DNA of 64,000 nt from NCBI GenBank assembly GCA_965153355.1, contig OZ231126.1, positions 2,542,001 to 2,606,000 on the forward strand, in the 5' to 3' direction. Shown here piece after piece: positions 34,711 through 49,500 of the stretch. Numbering within the stretch: the stretch's first letter is position 1; each line of letters starts with the position of its first letter. Source of the DNA: Flaccisagitta enflata. Lineage: Eukaryota. Both the position numbers and the translations under genes were made by a program. Under the pieces are notes generated by a model. The model was not told the origin of the DNA and ran no database searches. It was given only the letters and a program-made list of their open reading frames with translations.

Positions 34711-35714
34711 CACTCTTTTCAGTTTTTAAGGACCAGTAAAATTTTTCTGAGCCTGGGACGTCCTTGAATTTTTGCAAATTTAAGGCTGAAATGTTCATAG
34801 CGTGTCCTTACTATTTTTCTATGATTTTCTTTTGATTAACTATACGGATTAAAAAAACTTACTACCTTGGAAAAAAGTTTGACAACACTTTTGGTTGACA
34901 GTGTGTTTTCTCCCTTTTATGCGCAAAACTCATGTACCTGATTGTTTTTGGTTATTTTTGTATTCATACTAACCAAAACAAAAGAGAAAAACAATCCTCA
35001 ATACAATAAAAGGACCGCGAGTTAGGTTTGTTCATTACAACTCCGAGGACTTAAGAGGTGGGTTTTGGAAAAACAGAAGATTTTGATCATTTGGGCTTAA
35101 AATTGAGCTACTGCTTTTTGAAAATTTGTCTAAAAATCCATGAGAATATACAATTACAGTTCAAGTGCTGACCAGTAGTGTAATCTGCATGTTCCCAGCA
35201 TTTCTTGGTAAAATTTGAGAGCGTTTCAAAGATCAAAGGGTTGAAGAGAGAAAAAATCCTACTTTTTCGCCATTTTTGAAAGTATATGATCAACTTTAAA
35301 CTAATGGCATTTCTAAACGGTTTGATACACAGAAACGTGATTGGACTTAGATTGCAGCTTTTTTTGACGTACATTAAAATGCTTATAAATTTTGTTTACT
35401 TATTTAAACGAGAAGTTGAGATATCTCTCTTTAAGGATGTTGCCAAACTTATTTCCTTGATAGTATGTTCAGTATGAGTAAATACAAATTAGATATGATA
35501 GTTACTACTTTAAAAAAAAGAAAATTTGTCATTAAACAAAAAATGTTATTTTTCAATAGATAAAATATTTTCTTTTTGAATCTGCGTAAAAACAATACAA
35601 GAAATGAATGAAATTTTTTTTTTACAAATCTGAGGCTGAGCTTTGTCCTTAATTTTTGGCAAAATTTCTGCTTCATGTCCTTATAAACTTTGTCCTTACT
35701 TAATGAAAACAGTG
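34711..35714. mobile_element. Tc1-like MITE
   Basis: TA|CACTCTTTTCAG..TAAGGAC at the left end and GTCCTTA..ATGAAAACAGTG|TA at the right. Confidence 0.5.
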
Positions 35715-35933
35715 TAACAAAGGACCATAGGTATAACTTCAGTCGTTTTCATGAATAGGCTATGCATTCACATATGGGAAAATTTCTCCTCCTTCTCTTC
35801 CATTCCTTCCGCTGGGATTCAAATCCCAGCCTCAAGGCCCAAATCCCAGTCACATGGCCCAAATCTCAGTCCCAAGGCCCATATCCCAGCTACAAGGCCC
35901 AAATTTCTTAGGTCATCGGCTTTTCTGGGCCCC

Positions 35934-36018
<85 letters not shown>

Positions 36019-38374
36019 ACAGACAGTCACAGAGAGCATCTTCATTTCATTTGGCAAACTTGACGCTCAAGGTTAGTCAATGGCCACGTATGTCTTGGAA
36101 TATATTTGAATCGCAGAGACAAACTAAAACAATTGACGTGGGCTTAATACCGTATTTCCTGTGATATCCGCCCCGGGCGCTTTTGAAATTGAAGCGAAAG
36201 ATTGTCATTTTCAACCTACAATTAGCGCCCCCTCATTCACGCATAAACAGATGATTTGGTATGAAGAAAGGTGCAATAAATCACTAAAACAGAATATTTT
36301 TGCGTTGCATACCATCTTTATGATTTATTTGCTCATAAAAAGTTTAATTTACAAAAAGATTATAATTTTTATATGAGTCTGATGTTTCTTGAAAAGAGGA
36401 GGGGGGGCGCTATTTATAGGGGGGGGCGATAAATGCAGGAAATACGGCTATCTGGGACTTAAAAGTATTGACCTTTATTAGTGGGGAACCTTTAAAAGCG
36501 GGTCTGTTATTGCAGGGTTCCACTTTACTCGCTACTAATTAAGTTAAAAGATTGAGTCTGGTCCAGGTCTGGTTTCTCATCCTTCCTCAACTCAACTAAA
36601 CAATTCAAAACATGTTGAAACTTCGATAAAATGGTTAGTATATGCAACTCAACCAAGAATTTCAACGCATCTACAGCGCAAAAAATTAAAGTTAAATGGC
36701 CAAAAAACATGGCAAAACCTTTAGTATTTGGAACTCAAACAAGCAATTCAACTCATGTACCAAGCTAAAAAAAGCAAAATGGTTAGTTTTTTCGACTTAA
36801 ACAACAATTCAAATCGGCTAAACAAATACGCCATAATGGTAAAAAGTTACAGTTCTACAGAGGAAGTCAACAAATGTGCCAATTCAATAGATATGGCAAA
36901 TGGTGAGAATATGCAATCCTAACAATGCACCGAGCAATGAAATAGGGCAAAATGGTATGCGTAGCAGCGGGGCAAATTAATCTCACATTTCCCCAGTACA
37001 GACTATCAAAAAACTTAACTTAGTTAACTAAATGTTATCAGATCATGGATGGACTATTCATGTAAATGTGCTATTGGACATTATCTTATAAAGTAAAGAT
37101 ATTCAGAAATATAATCGAAAAATCTCGCTTGTCAGGCGATTTAAATCAAGCCTGTGTCAGTACCAGGGGTTCTATTTTCGATACATCACTGCCGTCCAAT
37201 ACCAATGCGATCGCCTTGACTGCGGCCAATTGGCTTACATCAAGTTGTTCCTGTCAACGGGAACCAGTCAGAAAAACTTATGTATGAGATCAATTAAGGC
37301 AAGAGAAAATACAGTTAAATCCGGCTTTCTATGCCTTGGGTGAAATTAGCAAAGTCACTGATTTTACAACACCATGTGTTATTATCGCCGACTCTGCATT
37401 TACTTATCTGTTAAAGGTGGAATTCTGTCGGAGCCAATATAGGAAATAGACAGAAACATATTGAAGGGACTATAAATTGCCATTTGTTATTGGGGAATTC
37501 CGTTAGTGGCGGGTCTGTTAGAGTTCAACATTTTGTGTGATGAGGCATAGTTTTTAGTTGCGTGCACGCGACTCTACAACCCGCTTTGTCCGTCGGTCGG
37601 TCGGTCGGTTGGTCGGTCGGTCGGTCACACTTTACTTTTTTTTATGATTTTATTTCTTTGACCTCACTGCTCCTGCCCATATGGTCTGGCGACCTCAAAT
37701 ATGGCCCCTGCCCTCCCGCACGCGACTTCGGTAGCCGTGTATCCGGCCTTGTTAGACTCCATTTGATCGCTATGAAACATCAAGACCAAATTTTGGACTA
37801 GAGTTAAAACTGAAACCACTTTAGTCAGATTCGGACTTGAGGGGAATGAAATTGGACTTCCCTCATTTTTAATTGTAACTAGAGTTGTTTTTGTTTTAAC
37901 TTACTCATGGGAATTTTAAAAGTTTGATTTATTTTATTTGTGAAAAAGAATGTTTATCATTTTTTTCTCTTATTCTAAATCTATTTTCATTGTTGAGCTT
38001 CGCCTTTTTTCAAAACAACTTTTTTACCCATTCTGAATAAAAAAAGTATGGAGATTCTATATTAGAATGAGAAAATTTATTATGAAAAATAATGTAAGAA
38101 TGAAAAAAATCTACATTTGTTACTTCCTGTTTTATTATTTGTACAATTCAGTAAGGAATTATAATCATTTGAAAATTATAAAAAGTACTATTTTTGGGAG
38201 ATTCTTTTCATAAGATTTTCAAAAATTCACAATTATAGATTGTATTGAGAGATCACATATAAAAAAATGAAGAGTGATGCAAATTAGATCTAAATTAGGT
38301 TCAAGAAAATTTTCTTTTTAATATTTATTTAAGAACCACTCTAGTCAGAAGGTGCGGTTTAGTTTGAAAACCAC

Positions 38375-41300
38375 TCAAGTCTGATTCTGCCTTGCGTGGT
38401 TAGGGAGCTTACTGCCATCATTTTCAACTGAGGATTTGGCCTTGAGCGCCCTGCTCGTAAAGAACTCAATAATATGCTGGACAGTCTTTTTTTGAGATGG
38501 CGTGATGCTCAGATCTGCTTGCGACCACTTAGGATGTGTGTTGACAATAACATACAAATAAAGGGTAGCGCGTGACATGATCAACTCTACTTCGTGCGCA
38601 TTTTTGACAGATTGATCTATGATCATAACAACGCAAGAATATTGGCAGCCACTGGCCTCCAAGCCACTGATAAATGAGACTGAATCACTCGATAAATTCA
38701 CTCGTCTCCTTGCCTGAGTTATCAAATGCGATTTCAAACTCAAAACATCGTCAAGATGGAAGTTCCGACGTTGAGTCTGAGGTTCAATAATAACTTTCCA
38801 AACATCGTCGACGATATAGTGACGTAACAAGCAAGAGACCACCACTTCCTTGTGTCTCTTTGTGATCTCCTCAATTCTGTCTAAGCAAAACTTGACAAAG
38901 CTGTCGGGTCGCACGTCGTTGGACACAAAGACTGTTGGAGGTACTGATCTCAAGTTGAGGGCGGGTTTCAGTGGAGATGTATGTGGATCGCTGTAAAGTG
39001 TTTTCCCTTCATCTAGATAAGTCATCTGTTCATTTGAACGAGTCATTGGTTTAGGAAGTGGATTTGATGTATGGTTATCCATGTAATTACGAAATTCGGC
39101 AATAAATGATGTTACGTCTAATGAAGACCGAAGATTGCCAGATTCTAGCGAAAAGTGTCTAGCAGCAAACTGAGAATTACGATTGGTACTAAATACCAGT
39201 TTGCTACCATACTCCCAATCTGTATTTGAGTCTGTGAACTCATCAAACATCACAAGTGATGCTTTATCATCATTTTTCCAATGGTCCGAAATCTTAATAC
39301 GTTTTTGATCTGTCTCCGTCATTTTCGCAATACTGACTGACATACTGTTTTGCAAACCTTTACTCGTTGGTGATAGGCAAATGAGGATGTGACCTTCAGA
39401 GATAAGGCGAAGGAAATCGCGCGCAATCTGCATCAACAACAAAGTTTTCCCACTACCATAGCTTCCGGTTACTAGCCAATTGATGTCCGTCCCATCCAAG
39501 AAAGCTGCTCTGGCTTCGTGGATGATTCTATGTTGGTCCTTCGTCCATTTTCAAGATTTTGCAAAAGATACAATTTGGACGTGAACCGACGTAGACTGTC
39601 GGCAGCTTCAGATGGGGTAGGATTAGGGAATTTTGAAACACAGTCATGCAGGTAGCCAAGAAGTGTCTTTTTCAATAAGAAGATGTTCCCTAAAGTAGCC
39701 AAGCTGAGTGATGTGTGCAGAACAAAGCCTAGGTCTTCAGTTTTGAGAGTGCTGCATGAGTCACATTCAGTCAACAGTGTGATGTTGATGATGAATATGC
39801 GGTTTCCTGACGAACATATATCCTCAACACAGATTGCCAACTCCATTAACTCTAGAAGTTCTTGACGGTTGGCGGCTTCTTCACCAGCGCCTCTAAAGGC
39901 AAAAATGATAATGCCTACATTTTCAAGGATGACAATGAGTTAAAAAACGGCGCTCCAAAGCTCAGACAAATCGTCAATGATTGTGCGCGGTAGCTGCTGA
40001 GTGATGGTTAGGGCATCTTTGAATCTGTTCTTGTCCAGATTACTGACAATGGCTTTTCTCGTTTCACCACCAAGAGAAAATGCTTTCTGTTCCAACAACT
40101 CTTTAACAGCATTAATGACACGCTGTTTTGAAGTTAGTAGGGTATAGCCCATTTAATGTTCTTCTTGAACTTCAGTTTCTACAAAGGTTTCAATGGCTAG
40201 TGGATTTGGTAATTCCGGGAATAGCTGAACTGCATTCTCCTTCCATTTTGGAAAGAGATCCTCAACAAATCCAACAATTCGTAAATCATTGATGGGAATC
40301 AGTTCTCCACCTCCTGGAACGTGGAAATTCAATGTTAGTGACATTTCTTTGAGAGCTCTTTGCCATGTTGAGACCTCATGCTGACAGTTGCTGGTGAGGA
40401 GGTCATAGAGAGCACTTGTCTCGATTGTATTCAAAATGGTCTCAATGTTAGCCAGGTTGCCAACCAATGCCCCTTCAAAACCACCTTTCTTTGAGGTGAC
40501 ATGGAGCTCGACACTTTTTCGAGCGGTGCCTTCCACTGTGCCTTTGACTGTTTCATGGTCTCTGGCTATCTGAAACAGCAGGCCCATACTCAGCTTTTCA
40601 ATAGAAATAGAGCATGTGGCGATTTTTGAATCTTCACTGTTTTTCAGGTCAAAGATGAGAAACTTGTGAAACAGCCCATGATGCTTGTTTAGGTTTTTGA
40701 AGCATCTGGCCACCATGCCTATGGATCCAAGCTTTTCCAATGGGGTAGTGTAATGACTCCAGCTTAAAATCATTCTGTTTGCTGTCAATTCAGTAATTTG
40801 ATTTTTCCAATCTTCCACATTTTGGAAACAGACAGTATCTTCATAAGGCTTGGAGCAGTTGTAGATCATATATTTGCCACCACTGGAAGAGCAAACGCCT
40901 GTTGTCTTATTTGATGCTGTTGGCGCTGTCAAGATGTCATCTTGCTCCATGTTACTCTGTAGAGAAAGATTTGGGGTCATGTGACTTAAACTGTCGGAAA
41001 ATATGTGAGGACTGGCAGCATCAGGCGACATTGTTTTTCTCTCCATTATCTGGAACTGTGGCGAAATTGTTCCAAAACCTCTTTCATTGACATCAGGATT
41101 GGCATTGGTCATTAATTGATGATTTTCTGTGTTGACAACCCATTTTCCACATGTGTGTTTTGGTTGTGCAACTAAACTTGTGTTTTGTTGCGACAGATTT
41201 GATGGCTTCATCAAGATGTCCTTTTGTGTAATGCTTCTTCCAAGAGAGTTCTGTTGAAACCTCTGTGGTAAAGTGATGGAAGATTTATTCAGACTAGCAA

Positions 41301-41469
41301 CATCATGCGAGTTAGTCTCTTTTCCCTTGTTTTGAAAATGTTGCAAGGTTGTTGCAAAACTTTTTTCAGTTTTGGCCCTTTTTCTTGTGAGGGCTTTGAG
41401 AAAGCTGGTCTGCTTTTCCGGCCGAATGATGCTACGCAGAAGATTTACGGAGAACGTGTATTTGAACAT
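38375..41469 (-). pseudogene. Intronless ~1,030-codon gene for a superfamily-1 helicase-like P-loop protein; two nonsense codons and one frameshift
   Basis: ORFs 41469-40153, 40152-39940 and 39846-39472 are one frame broken by TAA at 40155-40153 and 39942-39940. A frameshift near 39500 joins TKPEQL to LDGTDINWLVTGSYGSGKT (Walker A). Further motifs: VMFDEF (Walker B), NLRSS, GLEASGCQYSCVV and MSRATLYLYVI (SF1 motif IV/V/VI-like). Confidence 0.75.
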
Positions 41470-42233
41470 GATGTTTCTGATGGGGCCGAGCAGAATTATG
41501 TGTGATCAATATGCAAGTTAAAGATCTTAAGATATCAGTACTACATTGTGCAAACTGATTTATTGATGTTTTGGATCTGAATATCCAAGTTGTGATGGGT
41601 CCGGATTACACCCCATCGAGTGCCCCAAAGGTAAAAGTTTCATTATGAGGGAAAAAAAGAGGGAAGAAGGTCGAAAAATTAAGACAAGAAGAGGGTATTA
41701 AGGGGATTAAACAGAAATAAAAATAGGAGCAGGATCAGGAGCAGGATAAACTTTGTTTCTAGTCGCGTGCACGCGACTCTATGACCCGCTCTGTCCGTCT
41801 GTTGGTCCATCCGTCCGTCTGTCCATAGATCACGCTTGGTTTTTTTTTGTCGTTTTACGTCATTTTAAGTTATTTCAAGTAGTCTTTTAGTCTTTTGGTC
41901 TTATGGTCTTAACAACCGCACGCGACTGTAAGGTGTTGGCCTTGTTTATAGATGAAGTCTTTGTCTTGTCATTTTTTCCATGTTTTTGAGACAGGAATCT
42001 TGCCAAGGAATATCGAATGGCCGAATTTCAGGTTTGTTTCATCCTTAATCATAAATTAATCATGTTTGGCTTTTATCCCTTGAATCAATCTCCTTCTGTT
42101 TTGTTACTGTTACAGTTACAATTTATTTTTTAATATTTTTTTTTTCTGTGGCCATTTTTGTCTTCAATTATTTTTGTTGCTTGGTCTGTCTCGGAAAACG
42201 CTGTAAAATATGACGCTAAGATTGAATTCATGG

Positions 42234-42319
<86 letters not shown>

Positions 42320-44951
42320 CTTGTTGTTGTTGTTGTTGTTGTTGTTGTTATTGTTGCTGTGTTGCTTTTGTCGTTGTTGTTGATATGGTTGCTGTTGTGG
42401 ACTAGAGGAAAATTGATGTCAATTAATGTTGCGGTAAAAAAATTGTCTTTGCTTTCATTCTTTTCTTCCTATTGGTCTTTTGAGGAATGATGATGGGGCA
42501 TTGTAGAACAAAGCTGTTTATACTCTCCTCTCTCCCCCCCCCCCCCGTCGCAAACGAGTGGACAGGAGCGAAATAGTGAAAAAAGCAGTGGTAATGGAAA
42601 ACAAGAAGGGGCGTTTGTTCAAACGGAAAATTGAAGAAGATCGAAGTTTGTGATTTGGCAAAAATGCTATCAACAACAGGGGTCAAGCGGAAGAATGTGT
42701 GTTTATTTCCATTGGGTGGGAGAACTCGTCGCTTGCGCTCTCGATTTGTAGGACATGGTGCAACGGCCACCAGGCGCAAATGCGTTTTCATGCTGGTAGT
42801 TTCAGAGCGTGTTCCAAGTGACGAAAAACATTGCGATTATTCTCGTGAATAGCGTTGAAAGCGTGAACACATCTTCATAGTTTCAGGGCGTGTTCCATGT
42901 GACAAAAACCGTCGTGATTATTCCCGCTGATAGCGTTGACAGCGTGAACAGATAGGTTCTTTCTAACCAATGAGGGAGTGATTGGCTAAGCCTCATCCAA
43001 GTTTCCTCGATCATTTTGACGTTATCTTTGGAAAGGACGAAAGAGACAAAGAAAAACATCAGAACTCATCAAAAAAAAGAAACATCTTCACAAAAACAGC
43101 GCGAAAGACATGTAGACATGCAGGCCGGAAGTGACGTAGACAAGGTGCAGCTCACCTCAATTTGATCAATTTGTTTGACAACAAATATGGTGCAATTGGC
43201 ATCATCGTTGCCGGTACTACCGCTCGAGTGTCCTTACTCATGTCAATGCTATTCCTGCATAAGCCAAGATATAAAAAGCAGGCCTGTATATTATTGAGTT
43301 CCCCCCCCCCTCCCGTGGGGGAGGGGGAAATCAAAAGGTCTAGATATATGGAAGGAAATCCAAGGGGGGAAAAAGAGGAAAAAAGGAAATTTGGGGAAAA
43401 TATAACTTTTGACAGTACCAAATCATAAAACATAATCAGTACTACCTTGGAAATAAATATACGGACAGCTGGAGAAAAGGTAGCTTTTTCACTCACTGAA
43501 TGAAGTAAATGCCCAAATCATTAAATTTTTAGTCATTATATGGTATTTTGATCTATCAAGAGCTTCTGTTCTGACTTTTTATGGGATTCGTCTATGATTT
43601 TTCATCTTGAATCCGTGTATCCTTTGCCTCTCAAAAAGCAACAAAAAAATCAAAGAATCAGTTTTGTTTTCTTTTAACCCCCCTTCCATAATTAGGCGAA
43701 CTAGGATGAAAAGACACTGTTTGAGGGTTGATGAATACGCTTATGATCAATTCAAACAGTGCAAAACTTCAGTGTTGGTAAATTTTATCAATATAATGCA
43801 AAAAATGGCTCAAAAATATAAATGGCTATCTCCTTTAGAGCTCAATCATGCTGAGTAGTGGAAGGTCACATAAGGGCCCTCTCTGGCCATGATCTCAATA
43901 TGTCACCCTCTTTTCCTGGGATTTTGTCAGTTCCTGCGGCACTGCCTCTCCTGCATCAAAAAACCTCATTACACAATATTTAGCGGTATTTTTTTGCATC
44001 CGATCTTCTCAAAATGCTTGAGGTATACATCTCCCCCTTTGAAACATTTTTTCCCGTAGAAATAGGCAATAATTTGACGCCGCACTTCTGTTCAAAGACC
44101 CTCCATCTCCCTTTACATGCAGGAAAGTCCCCGAGATCGCTTTACCACGTCAAAGTACTACGTTTTAGCTATCTCTGTGTCAAATTTCATCACTCTGAGT
44201 GCATTTTTACTATCCATTTGGATCCTTTTTTCCAGTTCGCTTAATCATGGAAGGGGCGTTATTACGGATTGAGCAAAATCATTCTGCTTGATCTCAATAG
44301 ATCACATTTTTGACAAATTTTTTGATTGTTGAAAAAATTGAGGACTGCAGTCAATCATAATGCCATTGTTTTATTGGATATGAAAGTTAAGCTGCTATAA
44401 TCATGGTTAGGTGTCCGTATATTTATTTCCAAGATAGTAAAACACAATTTAACACTATTCAAACCTTAACTACATTGTTTTATTGCTATATGGGGAAAAA
44501 ATCATAGATATAAAACACGACGCAAAGCGTCGCGGGGAAGAAAATCGAAGGCAGGGGGGAAAAAATCAAAGGCGACTCAATAATTGGAAAAAAGTCGAAT
44601 TACGTAATTCGACTTTTTGAAACGTAGGGGAGAAATAAAGTTTTCCATTTTCGGTTTGGGGCAATTTTTGAAAGTTGTGCAGTTTTTGGGCTGGGAGTAT
44701 ACATTTTTTGATATTCATAGCTAAGAAAGAGCTTATCTTCCTCTTTCAAATGGCGCCAACCAGAAGTCTCTACGATCAATAGTTTAGAAGTTATGAATTT
44801 TTGAATCTTTTTTTATTTTTTCGCATTTTTGCGAAAATCGATATTTTTCATTGATCCCATTTTTTCGGTCTTATGTAACAATAGGGAAGAGTAAACATGT
44901 TACGCAAATTGACCCTGACTTTTATGACGCTAGCATTGATATTTTATTCTG

Positions 44952-45267
<316 letters not shown>

Positions 45268-45621
45268 AGACAAAAAAGATTGAAAGGAAAAAACGCACAG
45301 ATTGAATAACAAAAACAGACAATCAACCAGACATCATGAAATGCACACACAGAAGAACAAGCACTGAAAAAAGAGACTTCCATTTACGACTTTTTTCCGG
45401 TCGGCGATTAGCCGCCTTTATTGGTATACACCCCTGTTAAAAAGTGAATAAACAAGAATTGAAAAGACCTTTTTGTTTCAAGAACTGGTGAAAATAGAAT
45501 TTTGTTCACCTTTTTTTGTCGGGCAAGAAGTAAATCCAAAACGCGCTGTCGTTGCTTCTGTAGGATTTTTTTTTGATGGAGTATCCTTAAAACAAGGTCT
45601 TTCTTTTTTCTTCTGAAATTA

Positions 45622-46232
45622 CCGGGTGATCAGCCGGAACTGAGTAAATCTTTTTAGACGCTGAGACTGAACCACTGATATATGATAATTGAAATGTAGG
45701 CAGTAGTTTATCATAAAGAAAATTAATGAACGTTTATTTTAAGCCAAAGATGGATATTGTAGCCCAAAAGGCTTGCAAATAATGGCTGTAGATGCTTTTT
45801 TCCATGATCGGGTATTAATGCCAAAATTGGAAATATTGGACAATTGACTTTTTTCCATTTACGCAATGTCGATGGTGTTTTGAGTATATCTGTTGATTGG
45901 GTGGAGCTTAAATCTGTTTTCTGTGCCTAATTGACAAGTTTTTAATTCAGTTTTGAAGAAAACCGCAACTTTATACCTAATATGGCTCTACTCTAGGTGA
46001 AATGACTTGACATCAGACAAGGATTTCGCGCAAAACTGCACCACTTTTGCATATTGACTTAAATCGAAATATAACTTAGAAGGCTGTTTCTTTAACATTT
46101 TAGGGCTATTTCTTATTAGATAAGCAAACGTTCAGCAATTCCCTTCAATTCTAGACCATCCCCAACTAATTTTCTTTTGTATTTTAAGAGTAATAGCATC
46201 ATACATTTACTCAATTCCGGCTGATCACCCGG
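45622..46232. mobile_element. TA-flanked MITE
   Basis: TA|CCGGGTGATCAGCCGGAA(C/T)TGAGTAAAT ... ATTTACTCAATTCCGGCTGATCACCCGG|TA. Confidence 0.85.
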
Positions 46233-46559
46233 TACATTTAAGGAATCACAACAATTTCAAAAAACCTGTGATAATCAGTTGCAGATTATAAAGTATCGTG
46301 TAGTGCAGTACAGTATAGAATAGCATAGTATGGTATAGACAATGGGAAGATTTCCAGTACCGTTGGTAACAGAGTCGTGCCTTAGGCGGTAAGATTACAA
46401 AACCAGCGCGAGGAAGGAGTAGATCAAACATAGGCAAAATGTTCAGTACCTCACCAAAGATCCATGGCAAAAGGAATTTAAAATTCATTGAAAACCGGTT
46501 CTCTCTCTTTCTAATTCATCAAAAAAAAAAAAAAATGGTCTGTTTTCTCTTTCTCTCTC

Positions 46560-46592
<33 letters not shown>

Positions 46593-49500
46593 GACTGGGT
46601 ATCTTTAGCTGCCGAGTTACGACTCTAGTATATATAAGGGGTGTTGTCCGTCCTTTGGTCCGTCCAACCCTCCGCCGTCGATTGAAAAAGTGTAAACTTA
46701 AAGACATTTGCAAAGGACAACCGGTTTGTCATAAGTCACAACCCAATATCGCCTGGGGTAAGGCATGAACGGTAAAGAATATCTCCTTGTATCCTGTTGA
46801 CAAGAGGAGGTTACCGGTACCTTGAATATCATATTCATATCCCATGGTCATTAAATTGGTAAATCTTGTCACAGCTGAACCCCGTTATAACGGATTTCAA
46901 AAGATCAACAATTTTTGTTTGTTATTAGAGGACTTTTGATAATGCCAACAAAGGATATAAAAGAAATTAACTTGCGTCTGTTATAGGCGGAATTCCGTTG
47001 GTGGTGGGTCCGTTAGAGCGGGGTTCAACTGTATTATGATTAATGATGGTGTTGGAGAGGTGTCTGAGCAGTCCCATCCTGATATTTAGGATTCTATTGA
47101 TGTTTCAATTAGATTGGGGTTGACTTAGAATTTTTTAAGGAAGGTTGTTTCAGGAGGAATAGTGTTTCAGTTTCTAGCTTTGATCGGTGTACACAGCCAT
47201 CAATCTCGTTTGAAAAAATCTTTTAAGCTTTTTCTCTGAGATGCGTCAACTAAGTGATCCCAAATCAATTTTTCCTTAAAGAACATTGTTTGACGTTTTT
47301 TGTATCAAAATTTCATAGACTTAGGTCAAATAGTTTCTATTTTATGACAATTTGAAGTGTGAGCAGTTTCAGGAGTAAAATATAGGAAAATTGTTGTTTG
47401 ACAAGGCAGTTCCTCTTTAAATTGATCTCATTTCTAAACGGCTTGAGCTTTAGATGTCAGATTGGTCTCGAATGAAAGATAATTTAATGTAGTTTCAGCT
47501 ATCACAAAAAGAAAAACAGTTTAGAAACTATTTGTTTTTTTTTTAAAAATCCATAAATCAAAGGAATTTTGATAAAAAAATCGATCTCAAGACTATGAAA
47601 CTTGCTCTTTATGCCATTGGAAATATGAAAAACTACATCAAATTATTTTTCATTTGAGACCAATCTGGCATCTGCAGCTCAAGCTGTTTAGAAATGAGAG
47701 CAGTTTAAAGTAAGACACTTTTGTAAGCAATTCTTAATTTCGCCTCAACTGTAAATACCAAAATTACTTCAAATTGAGGTTGTAGACAAACTATTCAACC
47801 TAGACCAATGAAATTTTGACACAAAAAACGTCAAACATATTTCTTAAAGAGAAAATTAATTTCAGATCATGAAAATGAAGCATTGAGGCACAATAGCTTA
47901 ATACTTTTTTTCAGTTGAGATTGATGACCCTGTAAGAGGATCATGAGAATGTGCCCAGATGGATATGGTCACTTTCGTCCCGCCATATTTATCAAGTGTA
48001 TTCTTGTTGTCAGCATATCTCATTTTTAGAAAGAAAAAGGTGATGCTGTTTCAAATGTGACATAATTTTTCTGAAATCCTATGATAATTCTCAGTTGGAT
48101 TCTCTCTAAGGAAAGTTAAAGGATAGTTGTGATGGGTCCGGATTAAACACCATTGAGAGCTCCAAAGGCCCTCATCCTTTGTTAAGTAAGTGGTAGAGTA
48201 GTGATATTGTCCATCTTTCATAAAATCAAATTATCCTAGGCTTACTAGCTCTACATTTCTATGGACCCTTGCGCTCATCCTTAAGATAGTTCCTGCTGGA
48301 TTCAAAAGAGGTTTAGTTGCTCATTTTAGAGCGTTCTGGAACAAGCCCGGATACACGGCTAACCCAGGGGCTGTATTTGAGGTCACTTGATCATTGGCGC
48401 TGGAGCAGTGAGGCAAAAGACCGCAAAAAAAAAGGTAAAGTGTGACGGACAGACCGACGGATGGACGGACCGACAAAGTGGGGTGTAGAGTCGCGTAGCA
48501 CGCGACTAAAAATAAGGAGAAACAAGGCCAAGTAGGCCAACGATGCGTCCTCTTTGAATGAATGTTTTTTTTAGAATGAATGTTTTTTTTATGAATGAAT
48601 GTTTTTTATGAATGAATGTTTTTTTATGAATGAATGTCATTTATGAATGGGTTAGAACTACTATTCTGTTGAAAAAATGCACAATTTTGATGTTTTCAAT
48701 GAATGCGTTACCAACCGACCAACCAACCGACCGACCAACTGACCGACCAACCAACGGACACAGCCTATTATAGAGATGCGAGGTCGCATCTAGAAAAAAC
48801 AGACATGGGTGCTTGAAATCAATTTCTCTGTACAAATAGCGAGTGGTTTAGGCGTTACTGCCCCTGCCCAACCATCCGTGACTGTCTCGCAGTGTATCCG
48901 GCCTTGTTCCTATGTTAGCAAGAATAGAATTCCGCTTGTAACAGATGAAATTTATTGATCCACTGAAATCCGTTTAATCGGGATTTACCTATGCTAGCAT
49001 CACAGAATTTGAGACACACCTTCGGTTCAGAAGACAGAGCTAGACTTAAATTGCGTCACTTGGCCTGAGCTAGGATTTGGACAATAGAAGTACAACTGGA
49101 TAAGCACATGGAATCTCTAAAGATTACTTCTACTGATCTCCAAACTTAAGTACTAAAGTCATTGAACAACACTCCTCTAAAATGTGTCTTTTATTCACAA
49201 TTCATATATACATGTGTTACTAACATCATTGATGATCTCATTGACTTTGGGCGCGTTTCTAATGAAGAACAAAAACGAGTTTGTTCCCGTTGAACGCCTT
49301 TTTAGTCTGAACACATATTCATGAATTCAACCATCTCACGAGGGAGTGAGCAAAGTGAGCCAGCCTGTGAACGAAGCAAGTGTAGCAAAGTGAAGCGGTG
49401 TGAGTGAACGAATGTAGCGAGCGACCGAGTGGCCCGTAAAAAACGCGATTGTCTGTGACTAGAAAGGCGCCCTTAACAACAGCCGCGTGCGTTTACATCA

